This document shows, piece after piece, positions 11,466 through 25,026 of a stretch of 64,000 nt of DNA. Below the pieces are notes generated by a model, which did not search any database, was not told the DNA's origin, and saw only the letters and a program-made list of their open reading frames with translations. Numbering within the stretch: position 1 is the stretch's first letter; each line of letters starts with the position of its first letter. The stretch is taken from NCBI GenBank assembly GCA_951406725.2, contig OX597830.1:47554001-47618000 (forward strand), read 5' to 3'. The translations under genes were made by a program, and so were the position numbers. This DNA is from Octopus vulgaris (lineage: Eukaryota).

Positions 11466-12288
11466 TAGGGTGCGATGGGTAAATTATCGCCATTTTATAT
11501 TTTTAATTTCGCACATGCGCATTGTTTTTTTGTCGACTACACAGTTTAGTAGGGTCAGTTGGGTACTGTCTGTGAAGAAAACAAACAGCACCATGACGCA
11601 ATTCACTCTGCCAGAAATTTGGAAACGACATGCTGTACTGCTTGGCATTCGCACCGTGAGTGATAAATATTGCACCCATAGTGATAAAAATCAAACATCC
11701 AGTCAACATCATGTTTGGAGTGATCACTAGTGATGGCGATGTTATGCCTCCATTCATCTTGCCACACGGCCTCACACTCAACACGGAGGCCTACATCAAA
11801 TGTCTGGAGGAGTAGTGCTGTCCTGGATCAAGAGGGTGGCTGCTGGAAGACCCTATGTCTGGCAACAGGACTCTGCAACATGCCACACAAGCAGGAGTAC
11901 CCAGTCATGACTGTCAGACAATTTCTGCGACCACATCACCCCTAATATCTGGCCACCTAAATCCCTAGACTGCAACCGCCTTGATTATTGTGTGGGGCAC
12001 AGTTGAGCGAGAGACCAACAAAATTCCTTATAACACCAAATGAACTGAAGGCAAGGATTATGGCAGCATTCACCAAATTAAACAGAGACTGTCCAGAAGA
12101 GTTGCAGGAGATTTCGAAGTCGTCTGGAGGTCGGGGTTGAAGCCAGTGAGGATTTTTATTGAATAAATTTACTGTTTAATATTTCAAGATATTTTAATGT
12201 AATTCTAGTAAATATCTGTTAAATTGAGATGTCAGTGTTATTTTCATTTTTGTGTAATTCAGACGACAGTTCATTCACCGCATCTTGG
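11466..12288 (+). pseudogene. Internally deleted Tc1/mariner transposon of maT (DD37D) type
   Basis: Frameshifted translation ...GRPYVWQQD-SATCHTSRSTQS*LSDNFCDHITPNIWPPKSLDCNRL-DY has 37 residues between the last two Asp; degenerate TIRs agggtgcgatgggtaaatt / ttcattcaccgcatcttg. Confidence 0.8.
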
Positions 12289-12423
12289 ATATATGTATTT
12301 ATTAGAAGAAGAAAAGGTATTTAAAAATCCAAGCAGATATCCATAAAGTACTGTTTTAAACGAGTTTGGTTAATTATATCCAACAATTGGATACCAATAA
12401 ATGTAAAGATGAATACACACACA

Positions 12424-12498
<75 letters not shown>

Positions 12499-12907
12499 AC
12501 ACTCTCACACAGACACACAGACACACACACACTCACACGCATATATGCACACATATACATACATGTAATACATCCTCACATACTTACGCGCGACGAAAAT
12601 GAATCCTTTGTATTGAGTAACAAGTATATAAAAAATAATACATCAAAATGGATTTATTGATTTATTCAGGATCTATAGAATAAAATGAAAGATAATACTT
12701 GAATCGAAAGGCTGAAATGTTTAATAACCGAAGTCTTTGTAACATTCACAAAAGGATTCGAATGATATTTAGTCCGACATAAAACAAGAAAGCAAATGGC
12801 TTCTTTGTTTGTCTGAATATAGTCTCACCTACACATAATGACGTCAGAATATACACCGACACATTAAGAGGATACATATTTACACACACTCATGCATATG
12901 TGTGTGC

Positions 12908-12942
<35 letters not shown>

Positions 12943-13079
12943 GGGAAGCCTTTTCGATTAATTCGTTAAACAATAATTAACGATAAATATGGATTTAGGA
13001 TTCACTAAATTTTATAACAATACCTGCCTGATAGCATATTTTTATCCTTATGCCAACGTAATGTATGTATGTATGTATG

Positions 13080-13594
13080 TAACCCAGTACTACCTGTTGC
13101 ATGATCGGTTCGTCGGCGACTAAACCGGCAACCCCACCAAGTGGTTGAGGAGGGTGTTTATTGGTCACCCTGCGAGATGAAAAACAAAACCCGTCAAAGG
13201 GCGGAGGAACTCTTGAGAGTCAACGGCCATCCAATAAATGTCTTAAAGCTTTATCATGCGCGGGGACATAGAAATAATCGGATTGAATACCCGATCGCGC
13301 AGTTAAACCATTAGGAGTGAAGGACTCCTAGCCTTTGTCAGGGCATCCTTCTAGGAGAAGGCAACTCAGGTAACTGGGATAACTCCGACATAAAACCTGC
13401 AGCTCAGTGGTTACCGATGGTGTTGACTTGTTCTTCTTTTCGGATTATGGCTGCTGTTGCTTAATGAGTGGGATTGACTCAGTGCACAGCCTTTCCTCAC
13501 TTAAAAAAATATCTTCTTGCACAGGCATTGCACGATAACAACATTGATTAAGCTTCGTGCAATGGCCATACTCGATAACGAGGGGGCAGCCACC
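13080..13594 (+). repeat. Dispersed repeat between (TATG)n tracts, possibly a LINE 5' UTR; partial inverse match at about 11340-11402
   Basis: catgatcggttcgtcggcgactaaaccggc (13100) matches the reverse complement of gccagtttagtcaccgacgagccaaccatg (11371). Confidence 0.4.
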
Positions 13595-13846
13595 ATGTAT
13601 GTATGTATGTATGTATGTATGTATGTATGTATGTATGTATGTATGTATGTATGTATGTATGTATGTATGTATGCATGTATGTATTTATGCATGTATGTAT
13701 TTATGTATGTATGTATGTATGTATGTATGTATGTATGTATGTATGTATGTATGTATGTATGCAAGTATGTATGTTTGCATGTATGTATGTATGTATGTAT
13801 GTATGTATGTATGTATGTATGTATGTATGTATGTATGTATGTATGT
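13595..13846. repeat. (TATG)n microsatellite, about 250 bp
   Basis: Direct reading. Confidence 0.95.
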
Positions 13847-15014
13847 GTCTCTTCTATTTTTTAATTATTATAAATCTTACCCTGAAGAGGGAGCCAGCAG
13901 AGTGGACTGGAGCAACGTGAAATAAAGGGCCTTAGTCAAGGATACAACGCTCCGCCGGGAATCGATATAACGACGTTATGATTATGAACCGAATCTCCTA
14001 AACATTAAGCCTCTGATAAAAGAAGCACACGACAAAACATTCCGCAGCATAAAATCCAAATATTTTTATCATTTGATCTCTTCATTTCTTTGTTGCTTTC
14101 ATTGTTTAAACACCGATTTAGAGAGAAAGTTTTGCCTATCAATTGCCTGGATCGAACCCTATAAATCGTAGTTTCTCAAGCTTTGTCTTCCGGCGTACCC
14201 TTCATTATACCCAGCAGTGTCGGTGCACCTCGTATGAACAATGTAATGTCAAGCAACTGGACACCGTAGACATCTAGGGTTCGGTATTCACGTGATCACG
14301 TTATCGGCCAGACTTTTCCCGTGATCACGTGATCGATCAGATGTTGTTATACATCGCTATTCACAATGCCCTTTTGCATTGTTTTAGTTGTCGGATGATG
14401 CTAGTCCGCTACCTCGGCGAGTGGGCCTCGATTCACTGTTAATTTCATTTAGATTAGTTTAAAGAGTTCAAATCCTATTGTACTCGATTTTGTCCCTTAT
14501 CTTTCCGGGGTCGATAAACTAAAATAATAGTCAAGTGCTGGAGGCGGTATAATCGACTTTTCTCTCTCACTCAATATATTTGAGTTTCTCTTTAATTCTT
14601 TACTTGTTTCAGTGAGTTGACTGTGCCTATTCGGGAGCACCGTCTTGTAGAGTTGGCCAAAGAAATCGACCCCACCACTCCTTATTTTAAGTCAGATTCT
14701 TATGCTCTTGATCCTCCTTTCGTTGGACTGCTAAGTTACAAGGACGTAAACAAACCAGCGTTGGTTGCAAGGTGGTGGAGGAGATTAACCCAAATACATA
14801 AATAGACACGCGTGTACAACAAGCTTCTACACAATTTCCGTTTACTCAATTCACTCACAAGGCATTGGCCGACTCGGGGCTGTGCTGTGGAAGTGAACCC
14901 GAAACCTCGTGTTCGCAAAGCAAAGCTCTTTAACCCCACAGCCTTGCCTACACCCGTCTCGCATCCTAGATAATGCTTTTGCATTCTCCATGTAGCCGGT
15001 GCCTTACACTAATA

Positions 15015-15744
15015 CAGAGTGTCCAGAAAGATTCGCCCGATTTCTATTTTATTGTATTTTGTGTTGTATTATTATATACCCCCCACTATGCGCATTGTGT
15101 TTGATATCTTTTTTTAATGGCAGATGGATTGGACGGCGTGGACCGATCGAATGGCCAGCGCGTTCACCCGATTCAACCCCTATGGAGTTCTTTTTGTGGG
15201 ATGTTCTTAAAGACATGGTATACAAAGAGGCGGCGAGCTGGCAGAAACGTTAGCACGCCGGGCAAAATGCGTAGCCATATTTCGTCTGCCGTTACGTTCT
15301 GAATTCAAATTCCGCCGAGGTCGACTTTGCCTTTCATCCTTTCGGGGGTCGATAAATTAAGTACCAGTTACTCACTGGGGTCGATGTAATTGACTTAATA
15401 CCTATGTCTGTCCTTGTTTGGCCTCTCTGTGTTTAGCCCCTTGTGGGTAATAAAGAAATAGGTATACAACGAGGAACCGCGAACCGTCGAGATAATAACG
15501 AGCAATTCACCACAATCGACGTGGATCTGTGCCAAAAGGCTTGTCGTAGCCTGGCTTCGCGTTTGCTTTCTTGTGTCGAAAACAATGGAGGACAGTTTGA
15601 ATCATTTCGTTCGTAATTATTCCCTTGTTGCATCATTGTCTCATTCGTAGTTAGTATTCATCATTGTTCTATACAATAAAATTCATTGAAAAGCCTACAA
15701 TAGTTTTCAAAATAAGAATCGGACGAAACTTTTTGGACACACTG
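15015..15744 (+). mobile_element. Deleted Tc1/mariner-superfamily element (rosa-like motif) interrupted by a SINE
   Basis: TA-flanked TIRs cagagtgtccagaaagattcgcccgatt / aatcggacgaaactttttggacacactg; peptide RWIGRRGPIEWPARSPDSTPMEFFLWDVLKDMVY. Confidence 0.82.
15226..15460 (+). mobile_element. tRNA-derived SINE, family C (central domain resembles MetaSINE); second copy 61700-61913
   Basis: Head aggcggcgagctggcagaa...ttcaaattcc; core ccgaggtcgactttgcctttcatcctttcggggtcgataaa; ggtatacaa on both flanks. Confidence 0.75.
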
Positions 15745-15858
15745 TATTTTAATTCTTTTTGAAACAAATTGATTTGATTCTCAGTTAAAACAATTTCATT
15801 TCTTCTTACATGATGCTAAAACTCTATAACGTTGCCACCTCTATAATCATCATTATTG

Positions 15859-16245
15859 TGGAGGCGCAATGGCCCAGTGGTTAGGGCAGCGGACTCGCGG
15901 TCATAGGATCGCGGTTTCGATTCCCAGTCCGGGCGTTGTGAGTGTTTATTGAGTGAAAACACCTAAAAAGCTCCACGAGGCTCCGGCAGGGGATGGTGGT
16001 GATCCCTGCTGTACTCTTTCACCACAACTTTCTCTCACTTTTACTTCCTGTTTCTGTTGTACCTGTATTTCAAGGGGCCGGCCTTGTCACTCTCTGTGTC
16101 ACGCTGAATATCCCCGAGAACTACGTTAAGGGTGCACGTGTCTGTGGAGTGCTCAGCCACTTACACGTTAATTTCACGAGCAGGCTGTTCCGTTGATTCG
16201 GATCAACCGGAACCCTCATCGTCGTAACCGACGGAATGCTTCCAT
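15859..16245 (+). mobile_element. Full-length tRNA-derived SINE, family A
   Basis: A box tggcccagtgg, B box ggtttcgattcc; near-identical to 20699-21084 (-) and 47663-48044 (+). Confidence 0.85.
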
Positions 16246-16897
16246 CCAATCATCATCATCATCATCAGCAACAGCAGCACCAACCATTCTTCAGTTTCTC
16301 CGAGAAATATAACGGCTACAGCAGAGACTAAAGAATCAAACCTAATCTTTATGGATAAATATATATATACGAATTCATGTCCGCACATTTACGAGTCTCT
16401 GTGATGTTAAGGAAAGTTCCGGAATAAGATCGTAGAGTGAAGAGCGAAATAATAACTTGTTTCGTTCGTATTTAAGACTCATCAGAGTATGCATTGCAAT
16501 TTTCACTTAGAAATAATTATCCCTGATACAGCTTTGAGCCGTGTTCCTCCTCCTTTAGTCGCGATATTTGCTTTTAATAAAAACGATCGACCAGCTTTCC
16601 TCGCTTCGCTTTCTTTCCTTCGTTCTCCTCTTTCATTTTTTCTCTCTTTCTTTTCTTTATTGATCACGTATATACCTTCTATATTTCCCCCCACACTTTC
16701 CTTCCTTCTTGCTTCCGTTTCTTTCTTTCCCTGATCTATATTCTCAATCTTTTTCTTTTCTATATTCACAATCCACGACAAGCGTCAACAACCGTTCCGC
16801 TGGTCAATGCAAATTCATTCGTTACACAACACAAACTACTCAACGTTCAAAGCCATCCAACGCTGAAAAGGCACCCCACCCATCCTCCCCCTCCACT

Positions 16898-16931
16898 CAC
16901 CCAACCATCCATCCATCCATCTCTGTCTGCC

Positions 16932-16990
<59 letters not shown>

Positions 16991-17416
16991 GCGCGTATAT
17001 GAGTGTAGGAAGAGGGAGACGTATGTATATATGAAATGCGTATGAATTTATTTGTTAATATGTGTGTGTGTATATGTGTATGTGTGTATGTGTATGTATA
17101 TATAAATATACACATACACACACATATGTATAGATACATACACATACACACACATATGTGTGTATATATATATATATATACACATACACACACATGTGTA
17201 TATATACATACACATACACACACATATGTGTGTATATATATATATATACACATACACACACATGTGTATATATATATGAGAAAAATAGATAGTGAGACAG
17301 GGCGAGGGGAAGAAAGAGGAAGAAAGAGAGAAAGGAAGAAGGAACGAGAGAGAGAGAGAAAGAAATGAAGAAAGAGAGATAGAAAGAAAGAAAGAAAGAA
17401 AGAAAGAGATAGATTG

Positions 17417-17465
<49 letters not shown>

Positions 17466-17470
17466 GGGGG
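16898..17470. repeat. Microsatellite cluster (CCAT, CTGT, TA/CA mixed minisatellite, GA/GAAA)
   Basis: Direct reading. Confidence 0.9.
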
Positions 17471-17992
17471 GGGAGGGCTTATTTTATAAGAACAATAACA
17501 GTACAATGCCCAAGAGGAGAAAATAATGCGTATATCAACCAAACGATGTATTAAGTGAAAACATACAAAAGCCAACATTATGAAGGGCAGATGTTTGAAA
17601 AGAAGTTTGTATTGTCCATTTTTCTACCGTTCAGTCACTTAGTGCCAAATTTGCGAAGAAGTGCGAATATATTGGACATCTATTAAACAGTCCGAGATTA
17701 AATATCTTATAGCTTTCTTTTGCTTTCGTATCTCGCTTTTCTGTGTTCAAATCCTATAAGACGTTAACTTGGATCTTCGTCCTTTCTGATTAAATGAAAA
17801 TAAGTGCCACTAATTATATTAGTTTATTTAATTGACAATATTGCCTCCCATATAAAAATAATTGTCAAAGAAATTTCATGCTAATCAGATTTTTCAACAA
17901 ATTACAAGAAACTTCGATGACGACATGTTTTGATGTGCATTAAAATATAAGTAACTTATAAATGTATATATACATATATATGTATGTATGGC

Positions 17993-18070
<78 letters not shown>

Positions 18071-18073
18071 CTA

Positions 18074-18154
<81 letters not shown>

Positions 18155-19884
18155 CACATTTCGCCATTCTCGGTAGATTGAATAAATAGATGGAGAACAT
18201 TTATCGATTTCCGAACTGTATTGGGTTCCCATCAGAAGTGTTTATATCAATTCATCCAATTCCAGGAACCTGTTTATATATTCAACAAATCCAGAGGCTG
18301 CCGATTTGCGTACCGGACGTGTTTAACACTTTATTTGGTGCTGCTTTGGCGTGTACAAGGGAGATGACTTCAGGTTAATTTAGTTGTTCATTTTTCAATT
18401 TCTAGAAACCCGCAAGATGTTGGCTAAAGAGTTTCACAATGTGATCAGCGACAAGACGAAGGCAATCACATCTTTTACAAGAAACCAGCACCAAATTCGC
18501 ATCATTGCTTAAGAAAAAGAAAGGTGCTACTTTGGCGTGTGATCTACAACTTAAAGGGAGATTACTTCAGGTTACTTTTTATGGATTTTATTATTTAAAT
18601 CAGTATAACAGAAAAATGTAATCTCCCTTGTTGATCACGCGCCAACGTAGCACCCTTTATTTTATATAAGTGACTTAGTGGTTAGGGTGTTGGACTCATG
18701 ATAGAAAGATTATGGTTTCAATTCCTGGACTGGGCGACACATTGTATTCTTGAGCAAAACACTTCATTTCACGTTGCTCCAGTCCACTCAGCTGGCCAAA
18801 AAGAGGAATCCAGTCCAGATGAGGAACAGAAACCGGGAAATCGGCCCTATCAGTCTGGTAGGAACTTTGCTTTCCTGAAATACTTTCCCTCGTTTAATAT
18901 GAGGGTGTGCTTATTTTAAACTCATCTCCATTACGCTTATTTAGTTTGTCAAAGTTCATATTTTTTAGCCAGATTAAGAAAACTTTGATTAAACTCACCA
19001 TAAATATGTCCAGCATGGATCTGTTTCAACGAATATGGCGCTACGAGCCAGCTTGCCAGTACGAAATGATGGTTTCGCCATTCAGTCTTCCCGTATTTCT
19101 TTTATGACTTCATTGTTCCGCTGGTCGGCGGTCAGCAATCCCTCATGCTTTTTCTCGGTCTTTGTTCTCTCGCTGTAGGAACTGGAGACCGTTTTGGCCA
19201 CTTTGGACGGTAAACATAAACATCTGACCTTCAGATATTAAAACAAAAAAGAAATGACACAATTAGTAAGAAACTGTTGGATCATTCGATACAGAGAGGT
19301 GACTCGGACGTCGCTCGTCTGTGGCCAACGAATGCTTTTCACCTGTCTGATTGGGAGCCTTGCTTATTGCCAAAACTGAGACTACTTTATCAAGAATACT
19401 TTCGAATTATTATTGCATTACACAATAGTGGTACCAGCACATCCGCTGATGAAGCCACCTGTTAACGAATTGATGTCTGCAGTTTTACGAATGTTACTAG
19501 ATGTCAGCCAGACACACTGAGTTTGTGTGATATCAAGGTGCGGGGTTCCTTGTATAATGGGGAATGTCGTAGATTCGTTTGAGCAAACACATATCATTTA
19601 TACTTTTAATGAATGATGATTCTAGTTTTGCAATACAAGTAGAACATGGGAAACCCCCCCCCACCATATACTTCTAAATAGCAACACTTTGAGTTTTAAC
19701 CCGTAGCATCGGAGACCACGGGCGTATATGGTTCAACAACCTTGAAACAACTGAAGAAAACTGCAAATGACAGGTCGAAGTGAATGTCGAAATTTTGCCT
19801 TTCTTTTGTCTTCTGAACAACTTTCAATGTTTATAATATGAGGGAGCATAACTCGAATAATAAGTTAGAAAATTACTTTTATAA

Positions 19885-20150
19885 ATCCCACAACGAGAGA
19901 TATTCAGCAACAGTACTTTGTAGTAAAGATTGTTTGCCAACATAACATGGTAGTCCTGGTTTAGGATGAATGTTGCTGTAATTTAGCCCCAGGAGACATC
20001 GTCTCCGGCCGGCTATACGATACGATCTGTGTCCTTATATTCTCGAACAAGGGAATCTAGCACCCCTACTCAGCTCAAAACAATATCTGTGTATCACGAT
20101 TTCCAAGTTATTTCTTTTCATCAGCATAGAATAATAAGCTAGATACAAAC
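19885..20150. mobile_element. Arm of the foldback/MITE family shared with 6305-6515 and 40072-40468
   Basis: Reverse-complement match to 6305-6515. Confidence 0.75.
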
Positions 20151-20698
20151 CAGAGATACTTTGGAAACAAGCAAGAACACGTAATTTTAAAAGATTTTAT
20201 TCTTTTCCCCATGTCAATAAATCGATGATAGCTTATGGAAAATATTAAATATTTCCCATAAATAGCATTGTTTTACCGATTTCTTTTCCTGGCACGGCAT
20301 ATACTGAAGAGAAAGCTTCACGTTGTGAAGAGTCTACTAAGCAAGATATTCGTGAATATTGCTATGAATTTTGTAAGAATAGATTCCCTTTAGAGCAGGA
20401 AGTTTTCACACTCAAAGAAATCCACGAACAAACAAAAACAAAAGAAGAAAAAAAAAACAAACTATTAATGCGAAATATCTGGAAAATATTTTGTCCATAT
20501 CAGTTATTTTCCAAATAGTTATCTATAATCGCAATAAAGGAACTGACAGTTGCCATCCATTTTGTATGTGAGAATAACCTCAATTTTGTTTGCTGAGACG
20601 TTGTTAGATGAGGAGAGTAAAAGAGAAAGATACAAAATGTCCATAACTATGGCTGGTCGAGTATACCTGAGATGGAGAGATTTTTCTCAGGTGTAAGC

Positions 20699-21084
20699 CT
20701 GGAAGCACTCCGTCGGTTACGACGATAAGGGTTCCGGTTGATCCGAATCAACGGAACAGCCTGCTCGTGAAATTAACGTGTAAGTGGCTGAGCACTCCAC
20801 AGACACGTGCACCCTTAACGTAGTTCTCGGGGATATTCAGCGTGACACAGAGAGTGACAAGGCCGGCCCCTTGAAATACAGGTACAACAGAAACAGGAAG
20901 TAAGAGTGAGAGAAAGTTGCGGTGAAAGAGCACAGCAGGGATCACCACCATCCCCTGCCGGAGCCTCGTGGAGCTTTTAGGTGTTTTCGCTCAATAAACA
21001 CTCACAACGCCCGGTCTGGGAATCGAAACCGCGATCCTATGACCGCGAGTCCGCTGCCCTAGCCACTGGGCCATTGCGCCTCCA
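20699..21084 (-). mobile_element. Full-length SINE family A with 13-bp TSD
   Basis: TSD ctcaggtgtaagc at 20686-20698 and 21085-21097. Confidence 0.88.
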
Positions 21085-21257
21085 CTCAGGTGTAAGCATT
21101 ATAGTCTCCATTGTTATTAGAAAATCGTTTCCTTTAATCGTATCATCTCTGTGTGGATTCCAATTCACAACCACCTCCTCGTGTCTATCTGTCTGTCTGT
21201 CAGTGTTTGTCTGTGTGTCTGTGTGTCTGTGTGTGTGTCTGTCTGTCTGTCTGTCTC

Positions 21258-21304
<47 letters not shown>

Positions 21305-21990
21305 TCAATGTGTAGAATCAGAGCATACATAAAGACGCTGAAGAGAAAAAACATTTTTTACACCTTTTCACAGAATATGGAGGAAAACTACAAAACTATT
21401 TTTCGGTTTATAATACTACCTCCACCACCACCACTATGAGTAGTAGTAGTAGTAGTAGTAGTTGTAGTAGTAGTAGTAGTAGTAGTAGAAAAAGCAAATG
21501 GATGCTCAAGAAATATAGGATTATAGCGAAGGACAGTGTAGAGAAGATTTTAAGCTATGAGCGACGGGACACCGCAAAATGGTTTCGATTCTCAGCTCGG
21601 TGTTACACCTTATTTACTTATGGAAAAATGTAAAGGTTACAGTTTTCATTTTTGTTCCAGGAAAAACCAATGTAACAGCACCACAAACTACTGTTGGCTA
21701 ACGTGAAAAGATAGATACTGTACAGGCATTGAACATGCTGAGCTCACAATGCGGTTTCGTTTCTCGGTGGAACCCAACTCAACGCTCTTTGATGAAATCT
21801 TTCATTTGTTTCAGAGATCAGACTGCGGCCATGCTGGGTCACCGACTTTGAAGAATTTTAACAGAATGAATCGACCCCAGCAAGCTTTCCTTTTTAAGTC
21901 TGGTACTTATTCTATGAGTCCTTTATACCGAACTGCTAAGATACAAGTACGTAATCAATATTCAGCGGTAAACAGACACAAGGGCACACG

Positions 21991-22025
<35 letters not shown>

Positions 22026-22109
22026 TATATATATATATATATACACCGGCGATATAATTAATTTTATTGTATCGCATTTATCTTTGTTTATATATATATA
22101 TATATATAC

Positions 22110-22900
22110 ATGAAGTTAAATATATGTCCGGTCATAGAGTGACCAATGTTTCCGCACACATAAAGTGCTAAGCTTTATAGACAACTCGTCAGACTCCAAA
22201 GGCCGTGAGCATATGATTTCTTTCCAAACGGGAGGTAGAAAACCGCTACGGTCAGTTAACTTGTAAATAAAGAATAATATACAGTGTCTGAGCCTTAGAA
22301 TAGGAACGAGATATCTCCCTTTAAACTGGTTGGCAAATCTTATGGACCCAAAGGGCAAGTGGGGAGTCTTCGCCATTGGGCTGGTTCCGGCCTGCAAGTG
22401 CCTTTTACGGCCCTAATCGACGAACGGGGAATCCTACGCCTGCACTAGGTAGCGTTTGAAATGGGGGCAGGATGTAGAGTTTAAGAGACCTTCCAGATCG
22501 AGCGAGTCTTTAAGGATCTTTACCCGCTCTACTATGCAAAGCTTGCATCGTCTGCTCCCGTTTATGTAGGACTCCGGTTGTGTTATGACCCTTTATTTTA
22601 ATTCCATATGGAGTTCTGTCATCCTCAAGGCGTCACACGTGGTTGGCTCGGGACGTAACGTAACCTCTTTCCGGAACCCTAAAAGAGGACTTGTTGTTAT
22701 ACAGGCGCTGTTTAAAAGTAGTTCCAGCCGACCCGATGTATCTCCGAACTTGAGTGCTGGTTGTGTTCACACCTCTGGTGTATCTTCCGTTGGCTCCGGG
22801 CCTGGAGTTGTTGTTGCCGCTGCTGTTGGTGAAGCTGTCATCGGTGTTGTTATTACAAAGCGTGGGTCCGGCAATATCGCTGTAATTGTTGCCGTTCCAC
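22110..22900 (-). mobile_element. Penelope-like element remnant (Naiad/Neptune-like GIY-YIG end and 3' hammerhead)
   Basis: Frameshifted translation ANHV*RLEDDRTPYGIK/*RVITQPESYINGSRRCKLCIVERVKIL aligns with ASHVWHLKDQGTPYDIRWKILEQPGPYTNGSGLCKICITERAKIL at 51760-51900; both share gaaac(c)attggtcactctatgacc. Confidence 0.78.
22137..22196 (-). ncRNA. Type I hammerhead ribozyme motif with a GUC cleavage triplet
   Basis: Minus strand GAGU-CUGACGA-[guugucu AUAAAG cuuagca CUUUAU gugugcg]-GAAAC-auug-GUC-ACUC; canonical core boxes, base of stem II imperfect. Confidence 0.7.
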
Positions 22901-22903
22901 TAG

Positions 22904-22904
<1 letters not shown>

Positions 22905-22963
<59 letters not shown>

Positions 22964-23203
22964 ATGTATGTATGTATGTATGTATGTATGTATGTATGTA
23001 TGTATGTATGTATGTATGTATGTATGTGTGTGTGTGTATGTATGTATGTATGTATGTATGTATCTATGTATGTATGTATGTATGTATGTATGTATGTGTG
23101 TATGTATGTATGTATGTGTGTGTGTGTATGTATGTATGTATGTATGTATGTATGTATGTATGTATGTATGTATGTATGTATGTATGTGTGTATGTATGTG
23201 TAT
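22905..23203. repeat. (TA)n and (TATG)n microsatellite
   Basis: Direct reading. Confidence 0.95.
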
Positions 23204-23375
23204 ACGATGGGCTTCTTTCAGCTTCCGTCTACCAAATCCAAGCCACAAGGCTTTGTTCGGCCCGAGGCTAGTAATAAAAATCTCTTACCCAAGGGGCCAC
23301 GCAGTGGGACTGAATCCAGAACCATGTGGTTTGGGAAGTAGACTTCTTACCACAACAGCCACAAAGTAAGTGTTT

Positions 23376-23410
23376 GAAGAGGCGAAGAGAAAAAGAAAGA
23401 GGCAGGGAAG

Positions 23411-23462
<52 letters not shown>

Positions 23463-23710
23463 AAGAGAGAAGAAGAAGAGAGAAGAAGAAGAAGAAGAAG
23501 GGGGAAGAAGAAGAAGAAGAAGAAGAAGAAGAAGAAGAAGAAGAAGAAGAAGGGGAAGAAGAAGAAGGGGAAGAAGAAGAAGAAGAAGAAGAAGAAGAAG
23601 GGGGAAGAAGAAGAAGAAGAAGAAGAAGGGAAGAAGAAGAAGAAGAAGGGAAGAAGAAGAAGAAGAAGAAGAAGAAGAAGAAGAAGAAGAAGAAGAAGAA
23701 AAAAAGAGAT
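23376..23710. repeat. Polypurine tract (GA)n and (GAA)n
   Basis: Direct reading; purine-only from about 23416 to 23709. Confidence 0.95.
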
Positions 23711-24804
23711 AAAAACGAGATATAGAGTAAAAATAAATAAAAACAAGTTCAGATAAAAAGAGAAAAAGAAAAGAAGGGAAAAGAACGAGGAGACGACGCA
23801 AGAATGGAAGAGTGGCAGAAAGAATACAAAATATATATATAAAAAAAAAGTGAAAATAGAGAGAAAGAAAGAAGAATGGCAGAGAGCGAAGAAAAAGTAA
23901 TGAAATGAGAAAGTGTTAGAATGTAGAAGGAAAAAATGTTAGAAAGAAGGAAAAGATTGCGCTTGCGAGAGGATTCGCAAAACGACTGCAAGAAGAATAT
24001 GACAAAGAAACGAAATAAATGCCAAAAAGAATCGTTCGCCACCAAGAAAGAATGAGTGAAAAAATGAAGACACGCAAAGAAGAAGAAGAAGTAGAAGAAG
24101 AAGAAGAAGAAGAAGAAGAAGAAGAAGAAGAAGAAGGTGTGGCAGAAAGAATGTACGTGTGTGGGTGTGATTGCTGTTAAACCAATTTTGGTAAACTCCA
24201 CGGGACACAACGAAGTTTGCGTTGAATTTATGAGTGTACGGGGTAGAATTTAGTTTCTAAAGATCTGAGGTGGGTTGGGTGGGGTACGGGTAGAATTTAG
24301 TTTCTAAAAGATCTGGGGTGGGTCGGGTCGGGTACAACAGCTGTCGATGCCGTTGCTCTCGAGTTTCACTTCAATCCTGATCAAATAAACATTATGATCA
24401 AATGTGATCCAACCGTGATCGTCCCGTCTTTTTTTAGGAATTATCTAATGTTTTCGCTAATGTTTTCGTCCCTTTTAAGATGGTAGGGTATATGTGATTC
24501 GGAGTAGATTTGGCTGCTGTTTCTTGCAACTCATACAACCAGATTGCGTCTCCCACGTTGGCTCCGTGTCAGGACAGTGTTTATGTTGTATGTAGTAAAT
24601 ATATTGGTATGTTAGTCTTAGGTAGACACCCAGTGCGTGCGTGCGTGCGTGCGTGCGTGTGTGAGTGCGTGCGTGTGTGTGTGTGTTCTTATACCTATGT
24701 ATAACTAAGTATATATCTATGTATGTATAGGTATATACATGTGTGTGTGTACGTGTGCATATAATGCTTCATATTAACTCTCACATGTGTATGTATGAAT
24801 AGCC

Positions 24805-24857
<53 letters not shown>

Positions 24858-24942
24858 TGGCGTCACTTAGTTTGGAGATAATTAGTGTTAATTATTTCCG
24901 TTATCTAATTACTAACGTCTCTCTCTCTCCCTCTCTCTCTCC

Positions 24943-25026
<84 letters not shown>

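Noticed and set aside
13501-13925. MYVC/HTYI-type ORFs here and near 6.5, 12.4, 17, 18, 23, 25.8, 49.5, 59 and 61 kb
   Set aside because: Translations of simple repeats that lack stop codons.
15859-15935. tRNA gene-like sequences
   Set aside because: They are SINE heads with A/B boxes, continuing into SINE bodies with TSDs; no complete cloverleaf.
15993-16196. Same 67-aa hydrophobic ORF occurring three times (also 20748 and 47785)
   Set aside because: Internal to SINE family A; the identity reflects repeat copies, not a gene family.
19750-19790. CTGAAGA...GAA hammerhead-like string
   Set aside because: No GAAA box with matching stems I and III; too degenerate to call.
22633-22635. In-frame TGA in the Naiad-like PLE as possible selenocysteine
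   Set aside because: It aligns with Trp in the sister copy and the element has other disablements; no SECIS could be supported.
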